Position numbers and translations under genes: made by a program
Notes under the pieces: model-generated
Databases searched by the model: none
Told to the model about the DNA's origin: nothing
Seen by the model: the letters and a program-made list of their open reading frames with translations, nothing else
Part shown: positions 62,807 to 64,000 of the stretch, piece by piece
Numbering within the stretch: position 1 is the stretch's first letter
Layout: each line of letters begins with the position of its first letter
Source: Aplysia californica
Taxonomy: Eukaryota
Assembly (NCBI RefSeq): GCF_000002075.1
Contig: NW_004798018.1
Coordinates: forward strand, 157,154 to 221,153
Reading direction: 5' to 3'
Length of the DNA: 64,000 bases

Positions 62807-64000
62807 CTGGGGGAAGGACACACAGAATATGGAGACATTCGTTGGAAAATACAAACTACAAATGTATTACAGGACAAAATGTTCAAGTGGTCAGTAACAA
62901 CTACAAATGATAGGTTCCATTTCTGATCTAAACCAGAAAAAGCTGGGCAGGAGTCTCTAAACTAAAGATTATGGGAGGAATGCTGCTTCTCATACTATTT
63001 TGTCCCGTCCAGACCAACTTGGAATATTGAAATTTTCATACCCGACTGATGTGCGGTCACTTTTTCTTCTTTACAACACATCTCTTGTTTCAGTGTGCCA
63101 CTCTACCATTTTCTCATAATTGTCCCATTAGTCATTTTTTAAATCAATCATAATCAAGTTTCATCCTCCCTGGAAAAAAAAAATAATAAAAAAATACTGT
63201 TTTCATAATAGGAGTACACTGAAGCTTGGAGACCCCTCAATTAAGGAGATAAATAAAATATCTTTCTGGACATTTGGATGATACAATTCATATCTCAAAA
63301 AAGTAGTAGGGATGATGGACAGGGAAAGATAAACATAAAAATGAGACAGACATTGCCATTAGCCAACCCTGCCACAGCATTCACATTAACGAAAACAAAA
63401 GAAACTTCACCAACGGACAAACTTTCTGAATCAGGCATACCCGATGAAGTATGAAGTGGAGGAGAGTAAAGCATTAGTGGCATTTTGTAGGGTTGGGTTA
63501 AAATTATCAAAGCAGCGGTATACATGGCGTAAAGAATGATGAGACCAGAGAAATAGTTTCTGGATAAATATTTCTTTTGTGCACAGCAATCTTTTATTCT
63601 AGAGTAACAGCTTGTGAGGGATACTCCTGACACTTCAGTTACCAATTTGCACATAAACATACAACAGTCGTAGTCTCTACCCAAGCAGCTGGTCATCTTA
63701 AAACAAATGGATTCTTATGAAGACTGGATTTCCAGATGAATTTCTTGCTGGGCAACTCATCTTTTACATGAAAGATTCATGGTCACCCTACTTGTTTTTG
63801 TTATACTTGCTTTATGGTAAAATTGGTTTGTATTTTTTTGTTTTGTTTATTTGTTTGCTGATAATGTGTTCTTTTTATTTCTTATTGTTGTAGGAGAGTG
63901 AGGGTTTTGGAAACAGGGTAGAGAGGTCCAGTTGGTAACCTTGATCATACGAAATGAAGAAACACCAGAACCAATTAAAAAAATAATTGTTGGTTGTCAA

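Overview
AT-rich, intron-rich animal genomic DNA from a draft scaffold with six N-gaps. It is probably a lophotrochozoan, most likely a gastropod; this is inferred from Nin/Deu-domain SINEs and TAGATCTA-rich promoter regions. Two convergent spliced genes can be reconstructed by hand with consistent GT-AG phases. One is an alpha-arrestin (ARRDC3-like; + strand, 8 coding exons, 2884-13424, 423 aa, three PPxY motifs, probable ~8-kb 3' UTR). The other is TTC37/SKIC3 (Ski3; - strand, 44 coding exons, 55363-23107, 1547 aa). Introns and flanks carry many short mobile elements. Four short retroelement families with unrelated heads (two tRNA-headed, two without a recognisable Pol III head) share an I/Nimb-LINE-type 3' hairpin tail. 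There are also piggyBac-, Tc1/pogo-, hAT-like and 6-bp-TSD MITEs, often nested. Most notable observations: a retroelement whose TSD duplicated the last splice acceptor of the arrestin gene, the shared covarying retroposon tail, an inverted copy of part of a TTC37 exon inside an upstream intron, and a possible UGA-C readthrough extension. Most ORFs in the supplied track are spurious. Nothing was database-checked.
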